Shown in pieces: positions 21,739 to 34,338 of a stretch of DNA of 64,000 bases. The position numbers and the translations under genes are program-made. Source of the DNA: Schmidtea polychroa (taxonomy: Eukaryota). The notes beneath the pieces were generated by a model. The model saw only the letters and a list, made by a program, of their open reading frames with translations, did no database searches and was not told where the DNA came from. Positions within the stretch are counted from its first letter, which is position 1. Each line of letters starts with the position of its first letter. Where the stretch lies: NCBI GenBank assembly GCA_044892525.1, contig CM097885.1:192510001-192574000 (forward strand). The letters run 5' to 3'.

Positions 21739-23528
21739 GGATATAATAACTATCCCAATGATAAGATTCCGCCGATTCATACCGGTTGTTAAAATATTTT
21801 GAATCACATCACTAATCTAAGTCGTATATTTAAACTCAAACCATTCCACGAAAATAGTTTGGATATCTAACTTATTTCTAATGATTTATGTGTTGACAAT
21901 TAAACCATTTGCGGACTTACTTTTCAGTCGAAGAAGGCTGTGGCTATTTTTCATTTTTTTAAAGTATTTTTTTAGATTTTAAACTTTAACTTCACCTTTT
22001 CGTTGCATTTGTTGTCAATAACTATGAATTTCTAATTTAAAATTCATATACACACTTATTTCCAGAGAAAGAACATTTTAGAAGGGGTATATAGGGGGAC
22101 GCGAAAATAATGAAACCTAAATTTAACAAAAAAAGCTTATAANNNNNNNNNNNNNNNNNNNNNNNNNNNNNNNNNNNNNNNNNNNNNNNNNNNNNNNNNN
22201 NNNNNNNNNNNNNNNNNNNNNNNNNNNNNNNNNNNNNNNNNNNNNNNNNNNNNNNNNNNNNNNNNNNNNNNAGTGTTTGTATCTATTCATTATAAATATT
22301 AATTTTATTAATATCAAAGTGGATTTAAACACATAAACAAGTAAATATTAAAAGGAAAATAGGTTATCTACGTAATATAAATATTTATAGTAGTGTATTG
22401 TAAAATATTAAATAATTTATATCACTGTATTAAAATTTAGTATAAATAAAGTAGTCAAAATCATGATATTTGCCCTAAAGTCTGACATTTTAGGACAGTA
22501 TTTTTTGTACTCATCTATATAGCAAAGATAAATGACATTCAGCCATATAACATAACATGCATTTGAAAGTGATTTGATATTTTGATGTTAATAATTGTCC
22601 TAAAAGGAGTTAAAGAAATTGTAAAACGAATTGTAGAAACTATTGGAAATTGTAATTTAATAGATTTTATTATCAAATATTTTCATTTATTTATTTAAGT
22701 AACCAGTACACTGAGATATTCACACATTTTTAAACCTCAACAATTGTTTAGGGTATTTTAAATAAGTATAAGTTGTTTTTAATGGAAACAATGGGTTTAT
22801 AATTTCAAATTGTAACTCATATTTGTAAAGTATATTTCCACATTATCCATATAAAATATTACACAAGTATTATTACACGTTTTATTTCCCCGAATGATTG
22901 AAACAGTATAATAGGTAAATTATTAAATCCTTGAACATTTAGGGCTAAAATACATTAGTTATGTCTCATTCGTCCAGTGTTTTTAGTAATTGATTTTGGT
23001 TCTGGTCGAAATCGGATATCATTCTAATCGGATTTGTAATCTATTTGGAATAAAACTTATTCAAATTTGAAATTTTATATATTATTATTAAACTAATGGC
23101 TTTTCTTGATCATCAAATCTCTATAGAAATTATTCAAAAAAATAGATAAGGATAATGATGAGGTCGGAGTTAAAGTATATATTTATATCCACTATAACTC
23201 ATAGTCTATAACGCTTTTGAACTTTGTCAGATATTTGTGGAATTTAACATATTTTACCATTTATATTGATATTAAAATCATAATTGTACTTAGGGTCAAT
23301 TAATCGGTCAAGATTTGAATTTTCATAATACGCTAATACAGTTGCATTATTAATTAAGATTTCAAATAATTTAAATTTCATAAAAAATATGTGAATAATA
23401 TTATAAAAATCAATACTATGAAATCCATAATAAATATTGCGCTATGGACAAACAAACATAAAGAATTTGTCCAATTTGCATAAAGAATTTGATTCTGCAA
23501 TCAACTTTTAATATGAAGTAAGATTTAA

Positions 23529-24049
23529 CCCTTTATAGGGAAAAGACTGGAATTGGTTAATATATTAACCAGTTGCTTTAAGGTTTATATTTCTAATACC
23601 GCCGTTATTAACATCAACTTTAATACGTCAATACTTTGTCGAGAGCGATCTTTGGTTAATTTATTGTTCTAACTGCGTGAAGTTAGCGTTGTTACATATA
23701 AATCCTCTTCTTTAAGCCGGGGTCACTAAATAAACCACCGTGAAAGCACTGTGAAAGATCCAAAAAGAACTGTATATGTATATAAATAGTGTAATGCGCC
23801 GTTGTGCGTTTCGTGTTTTGAACTATTTCACAAGAATGGTTGTAAAAAAATATAATTAATACTTGTTTGAAATGCTTATATTTTTTGTAACAAAATTTTG
23901 TAACAAATCTTTTTTATTACATAAATTTATTTTCTAACATGAAACTAAACAATCTTTGGTCAATATATTATTTTATCTAGACAATAAGTATTTTAAAATA
24001 TATAAGTTACAATTCAAATTCCAAAATAATTAATTTGTCCTATAAAGGG
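23529..24049. mobile_element. piggyBac-type MITE
   Basis: TTAA|ccctttatagg ... cctataaaggg|TTAA. Confidence 0.85.
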
Positions 24050-24704
24050 TTAAATTATCTAAATAGTCTTTTCTATTCACGTTCTCATAAAAAAAAGAAT
24101 GGATAATAACTTGTGGCATGGAAATTACACTCCGAAGTATTCACGAGTGGACTGAAATGAGATAATTTCATTAAGAGATTCAATGTGCCGAACTCTGCAG
24201 TTGTGTCGAATAACAAAACCGTTTAAACAAAAGATTTATTCACTAGTGTAAATGATGTTTTTGATTAAGTAAAGTTTCACATATTATGATTGATTATTTC
24301 AGCATAATCGTCTTTGTGTAGAAATTTGTATGGCTAACACTGAAGCATTTTCTCTATAATGTTGCACATTATTTTAAAACTGTATCTAAATTCCTTAGCA
24401 ACATTTATCGATATTTTATTATGAATTTTGTCATAAATTTCACAAATTGTTTCAATTTCTTTAGACTTTTTCGACATATTTTTCATAGTCTTCTTCTGTC
24501 AGTGACTTTTTACATTCCTACTCTTGGAAATGTCTTCCAACAAAATTTATTGATTCAAACTTCGCTATAAAAAAGCTTTTTCTAAACGTTCGTTAATGGA
24601 GAGTATAATCACAACTTGAATTAACGCCAATTTAATAAAACAAGTTCATTCTGTTGAAAAATATTAAATTTTAAATAATAATAAATTGACATGTTAAGAT
24701 TTTG

Positions 24705-24743
<39 letters not shown>

Positions 24744-24747
<4 letters not shown>

Positions 24748-25049
24748 GTAGGCAAATGGTAATTTTAGGAAAATAACATTTGGCTAGGCAAATGCCATTT
24801 GCCTGGTCAAATAGCTTTAGCTATTATTTACAATTATTTACAAATTAACAACTGTTAACAACATAACCTTAAAATCTGATATTTGAGCAATATAAAATTC
24901 TATAATTAAAATATGGTAACATCACTAAAATAATGAAGTATTTACTTACTTATAATGGAAATGAAATAATAGCTAAAGCTATTTGACCAGGCAAATGGCA
25001 TTTGCCTAGCCAAATGTTATTTTCCTAAAATTACCATTTGCCTACGACA
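24744..25049. mobile_element. Foldback MITE with about 85-bp perfect TIRs inserted in a (TA)n microsatellite
   Basis: Arms 24745-24829 and 24964-25048 are reverse complements; (TA)n lies at 24710-24744 and resumes at the right end. Confidence 0.9.
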
Positions 25050-25252
25050 TATATACTATTTATTAACAAATTGACTATAAATCAGTAAAGATATCGATGT
25101 TTTTTAAAGTCGATTTTTTAATAAATACAATGCCAAATGAAAAGAAATCAATGGTGAAAATTGAAAAAAGTCCTTATATATAAACAGTAAATACAGCAAA
25201 TATTATATTGTTGGAAAGTTTAAATGATAATTAAGGTAAGGGTCAGATTTGT

Positions 25253-27183
25253 GGATAATAGAAGTCAAAAAAATCGTCGCCGACAAAAAGGTATTAATTG
25301 GTTAAAATTGTCGCCAAAGTTGAAACCCCAAAAAATCGTCGATACTGTAGCTCAAAAAAATAGCCGACAATTAGTCTAAATATTTCAAAACATAACAATT
25401 TCCTCAAATACAAAACTTGTTTCAAAAGGCATTTCAATTTTTGTTATAATTATGTATTTTCAAATCATTAGTTGCATACGGTAGTTTTTAAATTGGAAAT
25501 AAAACAAACTGACTAAAAATAAAATACACAAACAATCATGCAATTAAATATTACAACTTTTATACAACTATAGATAGGGGCCAACAAAAAAATTTTGTTT
25601 TCTACTTCGATGAAATCTTATCAAAATCTAAAAAATCCAATTCAAAAAATTTATTTCTGAAAATCGTAAGTATACTAAAAGTGTAAACTATATCATAGCC
25701 TATACATAGTCTCCATTGGGTTCAACACTAAAATTTTGAAACTCGCTTGTGAGCTAGGCCTCCTATGTTGACTTCAAATATTTGCGAAAATTATTGCTCA
25801 TCTCTCCTGAATTACTGAAGTTTTTTCGACCTCGATAGCACTCGTAATTCCTGAAGATAAAGCGATCCATGAGATTTGTGTCGGGTCAGTAGGCCGACTA
25901 CTTTAATAGAGAAACAATGTTCTTCAAGCCAATGTCGAATCAACTGTGCTACGTGAGGTCTGGCATTGTCATGCTGAATGACCATTTCCCATGCAAGTAG
26001 TATTGTTTGAAAGTTTGAAATCATATTCTGCAGAAATTGTAGGTATCTCTCATCATCGATAGATCCACTGTCGTGAAGAAGTTCGAAAATCGTGAGTGAT
26101 TTTGCATAGTGGTTTTGCGATCCGATATTGTCCGTCTAGCAATAGTTGAATGATCACCTGTGCCATCCACCCAAACACGGTTACATTCTATTGGAGGTAC
26201 GTCTCGAAGGTAAACCCATTTTTCATCGATCACAATGATCTTTTCCTAAGCCCTTCTTGAGAATAAACAGTCAACATTTCTTGACAGTAAGTGATTCTGA
26301 TTCATTTGTTATTATCAGTCAAAATGTGAGGAACCCATCTGCTGCAAAGTGACTTCTTTCAAAGTTCTTGTTTCAATAGGCGGCAATACTTGCTTCTTCA
26401 ATGTCTGTGACTCTTGAAATGGTTAGACAGCTTAAGTGACAATCTTCTTCCATCATTTATGATATTCTTTTCTGCAGTGCTAGTTTTTGGTCTTCTTGAA
26501 TTTTCTTTTCGCTAAAAAAGTGTTCTCTGTTCTCCTGCAAACTCTTCGGTAATCTGCTGTACTCTCCAAAGTCTAACGACGTTCTCTGCACATCAACATT
26601 CGACAAGAAAGCGGTTTATTTCGGTAGCCGAAAAATTATTTTGTGTTAAAGTTGCAACGAAGAAATTTATGTTGCATTGATTTGCCTTCATCTTTCAGGC
26701 AAAATCATGTAACCAACTCTAAGCAATTTGTTTTAATTTAAATCTTAAACTTTCCAGTCTTGTTAATGATCTGTCTTAGAAATTTTACCTAAGAAATTTT
26801 AACCTTGATCTTCAGATACTTAAAACGAATTGTTTTTGCCGGTCCCCAATATACAGCCCCCAATAATACAGCTTCATAATTTATTAACAACATATTAAAT
26901 CAGCTAAATTAACAAATTTCAAACATAATTTTACTGTAAATCTATAAACTTTTGATGTAAATTTATTTTAATAATGTGACTGTTTTCCAGGAATCCTTTT
27001 AATTAAATAATTACATTAATGTTCATTGCTAATTTATTAATTCTCAGAAAAATTTTGAATTAAATTTCTTTATGTCGACTATTTTTTTGCGAATTTTATA
27101 TCAAGTTAGACTAATTTTTTAGCATTTGTTGGATGTCGGTTATTTTTTACTATATGCCGACTATTTTTTTGACTTCCATATCC
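25253..27183. mobile_element. Mutator-like element ends (aaaaaatagtcg units) enclosing a nested mariner
   Basis: gaagtcaaaaaaatcgtcg at 25261 versus cgactatttttttgacttc ending at 27176; tandem degenerate units in both arms. No TSD seen. Confidence 0.5.
25574..26850 (-). mobile_element. mariner element with decayed transposase (25700-26691)
   Basis: RWVPH, IDEKWVY, HDNARPH and C-terminal NGDYV motifs; degenerate TIRs ataggggccaacaaaaa / tttttgccggtccccaat. Confidence 0.9.
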
Positions 27184-27337
27184 TATTATTCTGACTTTTA
27201 CCATAATTAATCGAAAAAAATTGAAAATCTTACTAGGTAAATGCAAGATTGTCCCATTGCTACAAGTTTCAAACGTTGGAGTTTCTAAGTAATTCGCTGA
27301 GTTATGATCTAAACGTTTACTTTATAGAACATAATGC

Positions 27338-27604
27338 TCAAATTTTGCAATTACAATTTGCATTATCATTGAAATTAAAGTTGCTATTTGGATAATTATG
27401 TGATTTATATGTTTGCCAGTTAGAATTACTGAGATTATATGACGTATTATTGAATAGGTATGACGGATCTGTTGTAGACACCGTGACTAACTCACTGTAG
27501 ACATTTTCCATTTTATTTGAAATCATTATTTCTTCGCGTTGTTTAGGTGGGAAGTCCATAAGCATTTCGTTTGTTGATTCGCTAGGAATTATTTGAGCAA
27601 TGTT
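27338..27604 (-). CDS. Candidate terminal exon (88 aa, S/N/T-rich), possibly the last exon of the MEF2-type gene
   Basis: ttttcag acceptor at 27605, phase 0, open to the stop at 27338; not TE-like. Confidence 0.4.
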   Translation of the reverse strand, partial: NIAQIIPSESTNEMLMDFPPKQREEIMISNKMENVYSELVTVSTTDPSYLFNNTSYNLSNSNWQTYKSHNYPNSNFNFNDNANCNCKI

Positions 27605-28739
27605 CTGAAAATCAATGTAAAATATAATAAGTTGTGAAAAATCGAATGAATAAATTTTAAATAAATTTTCAATGAAGTTTCCACCGAAAGTTCATTAAAA
27701 TAAGTAATCTAAAATGTAATGAACTTTGTCTAATATATTTTTATTGGATCATGAATGAAAACAATTCTCCCAAAATACATCTCTAGAAAAAGTGAAAATC
27801 TATATAAACTTCGTTTTGTAATTGAATTTCAGAGAGTTTTAAATTCTGTCTTTTTTGATTTCGCAAATAAGGTTTACATTTTGTTTTATAACAATTTCTC
27901 TAAAAGTTGGGTTGATAATAAAAAATTCACAAAATTTGATTTTAAATTATGCCTAAATCAAGATATCAGGCAATTAGGATATTTAACCTTATTCCTACCA
28001 AGTGATTATACCCATAGAGTTAACACCAATATTTAGGAGGGTAAACGGGTGTGGTCAAAATAAAACGGAAAATAATTAAAATTCAATACTTATTATAAAA
28101 AAACTATAAATTCATGTTTAAAGAAAATAAATATATAAAAAATTAAATCAATATAGAATATAAATTGATATAATAAATGATATTTGAATAATAACAATAA
28201 TAATAATGATAATGATAATAATCATTTATACAAATTTTTGAATGAAAGAAGCTGAGAAACAATGATTATACGAATATAAATTGCCAATGTGAGTTTAGGT
28301 CAGTAATAAAAATTACATTATAAAACATTCCTGCATCACTATTACTTTGTGTTACTACTTAAATTTAGGTTACCACAAGTTTTTTGAATTTTCTCAAGTG
28401 ACAGTCCGTATTTTTATTACTGAGTAATATAAATCGATGTTAAAATTATTTCAAAATATTATAAAGTTTTTGAAATTTTCAGAAATAAATCTGACACTGT
28501 TTGATCTTTGTTATGATCTCGTAATAATAGGTGTAATGCTATATTCTTTGGAAAGACTACCTGTCATCTCTGTACACGAGTTCCGTAGTATGCCCGATTA
28601 AGCGATATAGTAATAAAATTGGGCATAATAAGACATGCAAGTTAAAAATCGACATTTCCAATTTATTTAATAGGTTCAAATACTATTTAGAACGCATTAT
28701 TTATAAGGCTTTGATGATAATACAGCTTAAATTTTTTAT

Positions 28740-30050
28740 TTAAACTATATATGTATATAAAAAACGGCTAAATAATATTCCATAGTTTTATTGAAATCTT
28801 TGTTTAAATTATTCGATTCTATGTTTTCGATAGATATTATGGCCTATCCATTTAATTTTTTCTGATGCATTGTTGAACGCGGGTATGCTTTCATGAGTTT
28901 TCACAGTTACTGAAATTGTGAGCAGAATTCCTAATGCAATTGAAATGTTAGGAAATAATTCCTGGAAAATAAAGGCATTTTTTAGACATGTATTTTCTGG
29001 AATTCTTAATGATGAAGATTTTATTTCCTAAAACGATAACATTCCAACAAATCTTTCCAATCTCCATTGGTAAGAATTTGTTCTATAACTTTACATTTGT
29101 CCATTAAGGACTGAACAGAAATTTTCGAAATTTGGGGGGGGGGGATTTACAGGATTAGAAGACAGATTCAAAATTTTCACTAAGCTCTTTTAATGCTGTA
29201 GTAACACAGTTAAAAAGTACATAAAAAAACTTATTCTTAAACTTCAGTCGTGGCTGATTTTCCGTTTCATCTTCAAATTATTGTGTTACATTCATTTCGT
29301 CAAAAAACCGAGATATTCTCCTTGCCCTGCCAATGGATTCGCTTTCAATAATGTTTGTAACTTCTAGCGCTCTTGCTAAAATTTTGGCTTTTTCAATTAC
29401 TGAATCAAACTTAACCACAATGGTGTATTTTTCAAAAAAAAACAGTAGAATCGCATTAAGACCTACGGTGGCTGCACTTAAATTGGAGGAAATTGATTGT
29501 AATAGTTTGCTTGTTATATTAATTTCAGTAAGTACTTCATGCCAGATTACAATTCTACAGAAATTTTAAGGAGTCAATTTTAAAACGATTGATTCAGCAG
29601 TGACTTAAATTAGTGTATTTTTCAATTTTATCTACTTCTTGCAGCGCTTCATTTATTTTTCGGATTCATAATCTAATTGCTCGAATTGTATTTACTTTCC
29701 CAACGAGTGTCGCTAAGGTACTTTAGAGTTAACATAGGGAATTTCGCTTGAACAATAGTGAAAGGAATAGTGAAAGGAATACATATATTGATTAGATTTC
29801 TGTGAAAAAATATCACGATTTCTAATGATGAATGCACTTAGTCAACCAAAACTAAATTTATTGTATGGCAAATGCAATGAACGAAAAATTCTAAAGGATT
29901 CCTGTTTAAAATATGTTTTTGTACGCTCTTATTTCTGCTTTAATGTTAGCACCATCATCGTAGTCTTGGCCATGAATATATTTAATTGACAGCCCTAAGC
30001 TGCATATCGTTTGATATCAGGCGTACAATAATATTTAGCAATCTTAATCT
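28740..30050 (-). pseudogene. Heavily decayed ZMYM1-like hAT transposase
   Basis: GQDYDDGANIK, FVHCICHTINLVL, LSDTRWES, FPNISIAL.ILLT and HQKKLNG.AIISIEN. Confidence 0.85.
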
Positions 30051-30452
30051 TATGAATAATTTAATTTCTAACTGCAGATGGGATCAGTTGGTCAATTTTT
30101 TTTGTATGTTTTTTCCTAAAGTGTTAAAAATTATAATTTTTATCGACTTTTAAAATATGCTTTTTTCATAACTGGGTCATATTTTGAGAAGAGCTCTACA
30201 ATTTTCAGAAAATGTATATTAGTTTTTGTAAAACGTTTATCAATTTTGCACCAAAAAGTCAAGTTCTCCGAAGCCATGATCAAAAAATTGAAATTAAACA
30301 CTTTAAACATTATCCCAATGATAAATTTCTTTCATACACACTTTTATGCGTGAAGTATTTGGGTTTTTAAATTCTAGATAAAATTTTTGTTTAAAGTCTA
30401 AATTAAATTTTATAAATCTTAATGAATGAATGATAATATTATTTGTTTAAAT

Positions 30453-32964
30453 CAGGAATGCTCAACTTACAGCCCGCGGGCCGGACCCAGCCCTTTGGCA
30501 GCTAGAATGAATAGCCAGTAAACAGGCCCTTCGTTGACCAACAAGAAAATTATCATTAAAAGTCTTGCTGTGATTAGTCAGGCTATCAAAATCACATCTG
30601 GTTTGTATTTGCTTGCCAACTGTCCTGCAGCAGTGTATCTGTAGTAAGTATTTGATGTGGGCCAAATACCACCCTTTATGTTTAACTACAGTCCTACAAT
30701 TAGTGATTAATATGAGGTTTTCTGTAACTGTAAGCAAGCAGCCAATCAATGTTTCTTGTCTGGTTATTTTTGTATGAAGTATTGGCTTTATTGTTAAAAT
30801 CTTGTTCTATCTTGATTAAAAATTAAATTACATTGTACTATTGTTATCAAGTATTCAGTATTATTTAATAAAATATACAACCACTAAGAATGAACTCATT
30901 AAAAAAGGAAAGTAAACAGTGAATGCCGTTTAATTTAATGAACGGTGGACTCCAGAATATTTTTTTGTTGAATCTAAGAATATGTTAGTTTGCTTAATCT
31001 GTCAACAAACTGTTGCTGTTAGAAAAGAATTTAATACCAGACTCAGCATGCAGAAAAATTTGACGAGCTTAATGGCCAGCTGAGAAAGGATAAAATTCAG
31101 AACCTCACGGCAGCACTCTCAAGACAGCAAACATTATTTACAAAAGTGAATAAAGATGTGGAATGTGTAACCAAGGCGAGTTTTGAAATAAGCGAAATCA
31201 TTGCTTAAAAACTGAAACCATTTTCTTATGGCGAATTTATTAAAGAATGCATTGATGCAGTTGTTGATTGACTTTGCCCAGAAAAGAAACAACTTTTCTC
31301 AAGCATCAGTCTGTCTCGAATGACAGTGACAAGACGAATAGATGATATGGCAGATAACATCGAAGCCGTGTTGAAAGAAAAAGCAGAGAACTTCGATGCA
31401 TATTCAATTTGTTTGGATGAAAGCACTGACATGACAGAGACTGCACAATTAGCTATTTTTGTTCATGGAGTTGACACTGATTTCAACATTACAGAAGAAT
31501 TGCTAAAATTAGCTAGTATGAAGGGGACAACGACTGGAGAAGATATTTTTGATGAAGTTAAAGACACTTTGCAAGAAAATAATCTTGGTCTTTTAAAACT
31601 AACTGGGATTACAACAGATGGAGCTCCTGCAATGGTTGGGAAAAAGAATGGGCTTATTGGTTTGTTCCAGGCAGAGCTGAACAAATCCCAAAATAATACA
31701 GAACTTATTGCATCACACTGCATTATACATCAGGAAAATTTATGTGTGAAGCAGTTGAAGATGGACCATGTGATGTCAGTTGTTTTTAAAACTGTCAATT
31801 TTATCAGAGCACATGAATTAAATCACAGGCAATTTAAAGAATTTCTTGCAGACCTTGAGGTAGAATACTGTGATGTCATTTACTACAGTGAGGTTCGCTG
31901 GCTCAGCAGAGGAAAGGTTCTGCAGCGATCCTCGTCAAGAAATTTTGGTTTTCATGGAAATGAAGGAAAAGTTTGTTCCGGAGTTATGGATGCCAGTTGG
32001 ATTTTAGATTTAGCTTTTTTGGTTGACATCACAACTCATCTGAATAATCTTAATACAGCATTACAAGGTAAAAATCATCTAGTAAACAATCTTTATGATC
32101 ATGTGAAAGCATTTCAAGTCAAACTCAACTATGGAAATTTCAGTTTTCGAAAGGTGACACAGTGCATTTTCCAAGTCTGACTGGATGCAAAAAAACTAAT
32201 GAAGATTTGGAGAAAATTAAGAAGTATACTGAACAAATTTCAATTCTGAGAGTTCAGCACAAGATTTTCAGATTTCAAACATGATTTCAAATTATTTTCA
32301 GATCCATTCAATTTTAATGCAGAGGCTGCATCAGACTCAGTTCAAATGGAACTGATTGAACTTCAGTGCAACAGTGACCTGCAAAGAAAACATCACGAAA
32401 TATCTTTGATTCAATTTTACAAACTTTATTTTTCCCCTGCAACATTTCCATCAATTCGATTTCATGCGCTTAAAATGGTATCACTTTTTCCTAGCACCTA
32501 TATATGCGAACAGTTTTTTTCAAAAATGAAACTCACTAAAAGCAAAAACAGGTGCAGACTGACTGATTACAATCTTTCAAATCAACTTCGTGTGGCAACA
32601 TCAAATATTAAGGCAAACATTTCAGAACTGTGTCACGACAAAAAGTGTCAAATGTCACACTAGAGTGACGGGTGGCGATGATTCATGTTTTAGAATTTTG
32701 AGATGTATGGTAGTATTCTGTAAAACCAGATTTACTAAATAATTCAAATATTTTCATATGCAAAAGTAAAGTAAACATCTTGAAATTTAAAAGAATAGTA
32801 ATTTTAAGTTTATACTATGTCTAATATTTAACTTTAGAATTTAGACTTTAATACGTTTTGTTTAAATGTAAATTTTATTGAAACTTATTAAGTTTTTTCC
32901 GGCCCTTGACAACATCCCAAAATTAATAACCGGTCCTCAGATCAATACAAGTGGAGAATGCCTG
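30453..32964 (+). mobile_element. Full-length Buster/Charlie-clade hAT element
   Basis: TIRs caggaatgctcaac / gtggagaatgcctg; GGCCC-rich subterminal repeats; perfect 8-bp TSD gtttaaat (30445-30452, 32965-32972). Confidence 0.95.
30890..32663 (+). pseudogene. GTF2IRD2/SPIN-like (Buster clade) transposase pseudogene
   Basis: MNSLKKRKV..CLIC, LDESTD..AQL, TTDGAPAMVG, HCIIHQE, VRWLSRG and FPSTYICEQFFS; several frameshifts. Confidence 0.95.
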
Positions 32965-33508
32965 GTTTAAATAATATTATCTTTCGTGAATATAATACAT
33001 GTTATTCTTAAATCTGTAATTACTTAAAAGATAATATGAAAACTTTGTTACTAATAAGCATTAAGATTTTTTATTTAAAATGTAAAAATGTTAATTCGTT
33101 GGAAGGAAATAGTTTATTTAAAACGACATTCATTAAAAAATTCAAGGAAGAATTTAGTACATTCAAAATGAAAATAATTAGATACAAAATTATTCAATAT
33201 ACCAAAGAGCATGAATTACGCTACTTTTGAGTCATAACTTAAGGTCTAGCATAATACATAATTAATTTATATATAGAAAAGATTTAAAAATTTCCATTTA
33301 GATATAAATTTAATAAATCATACCGTTTTGAAAAAATTAATCATAAATGACCTGAAATTCATAATAAATACGAAAGTTTAATTTCAATACAAATATTAAA
33401 AAATAGAACTTAACTTACCATCTGCCCATACTATGTGTTCTTGTTTCACATAATTTTTGCTTTTTATAAAGTATACTAAAAGGATTTTCATTTAATTTGA
33501 TCAAATAA

Positions 33509-33607
33509 TTCAAATAAAATAATCCATATTTCAAATAATTTAATCCATATTTCAAATAATTTAATCCATATTTTAAATAATTTATTCATAATTTCAAATA
33601 AAATAAT
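33509..33607. repeat. 21-bp tandem repeat (ttcaaataatttaatccatat), about 4.5 copies
   Basis: Direct reading of the units. Confidence 0.8.
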
Positions 33608-33616
33608 CTTTATATT

Positions 33617-34338
33617 CGAAGCAGGACATTTTAGCGCAAGACATTTTGGCGCCATTTAAAAATAACTTCATGTTTAATTTAACATTTATAAATAATTTTT
33701 TGAAAAAAAAATATAAATATTTATCTATCAGCTTTAACGAGAACGAAACATCGTTGAGTACCTTAGAGGACTTGCGCATAATTTCTTGATGGATTAGGCC
33801 TAATAAACACGGACTTTCGGAAAACTTATATATTAGGCAAAAGGTTAAATATTCTACATGTTTTGCTAAATTTTTATAAGTTGACTATTTTGTATTTTCT
33901 AAAAGTAAAATATTGGATGACAGGATTCTTAAAACGTTTTGCAATACATTTATTTTGCATTTATTGTAAAGTAGAGTATGTTCATATAGTTTTTGTTTTG
34001 TTTTGAACATAATATTATGAACACTTTAGCTTTTTTTCTTTATTTATTTTGCTTATATTGTCTTTTCATTTTTTTTTATTTCCGGTTGTTGTGTTACGGC
34101 TATTATGCAGTAATAAAGCTGATAGATAAATATTTATTATTTTTTTTCAAAAAATTATTTATAAATGTTAAATTAAACATGAAGTTATTTTTAAATGGCG
34201 CCAAAATGTCTTGCGCCAAAACGGCTTTGCGCCAAAACGGCTTTGCGCCAAAACGGCTTTGCGCCAAAACCTCCTGCGCCAAAACGGTCGCGCCAAAACG
34301 GTCGCGCCAAAACGGCGGAGCCAAAATGTCACGTACCG
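33617..34338 (+). mobile_element. Non-autonomous Mutator (MULE) element with long TIRs and a gcgccaaaacg tandem array
   Basis: Perfect 9-bp TSD ctttatatt (33608-33616, 34339-34347); about 115-bp inverted arms; internal remnant ERNIVEYLRGLAHNF typical of a MULE transposase C-terminus. Confidence 0.9.

Noticed and set aside
22900-24680. Decayed coding-like stretches on the minus strand
   Set aside because: Short frames with many stops and no recognisable motif; cannot be supported.
27990-28050. PPKYWC resembling the start of a SMAD MH2 domain
   Set aside because: An immediate stop and no further similarity.
34197-34338. CRISPR-like array of gcgccaaaacg repeats
   Set aside because: No unique spacers and no cas genes; it is a Mutator terminal tandem array inside a 9-bp TSD.
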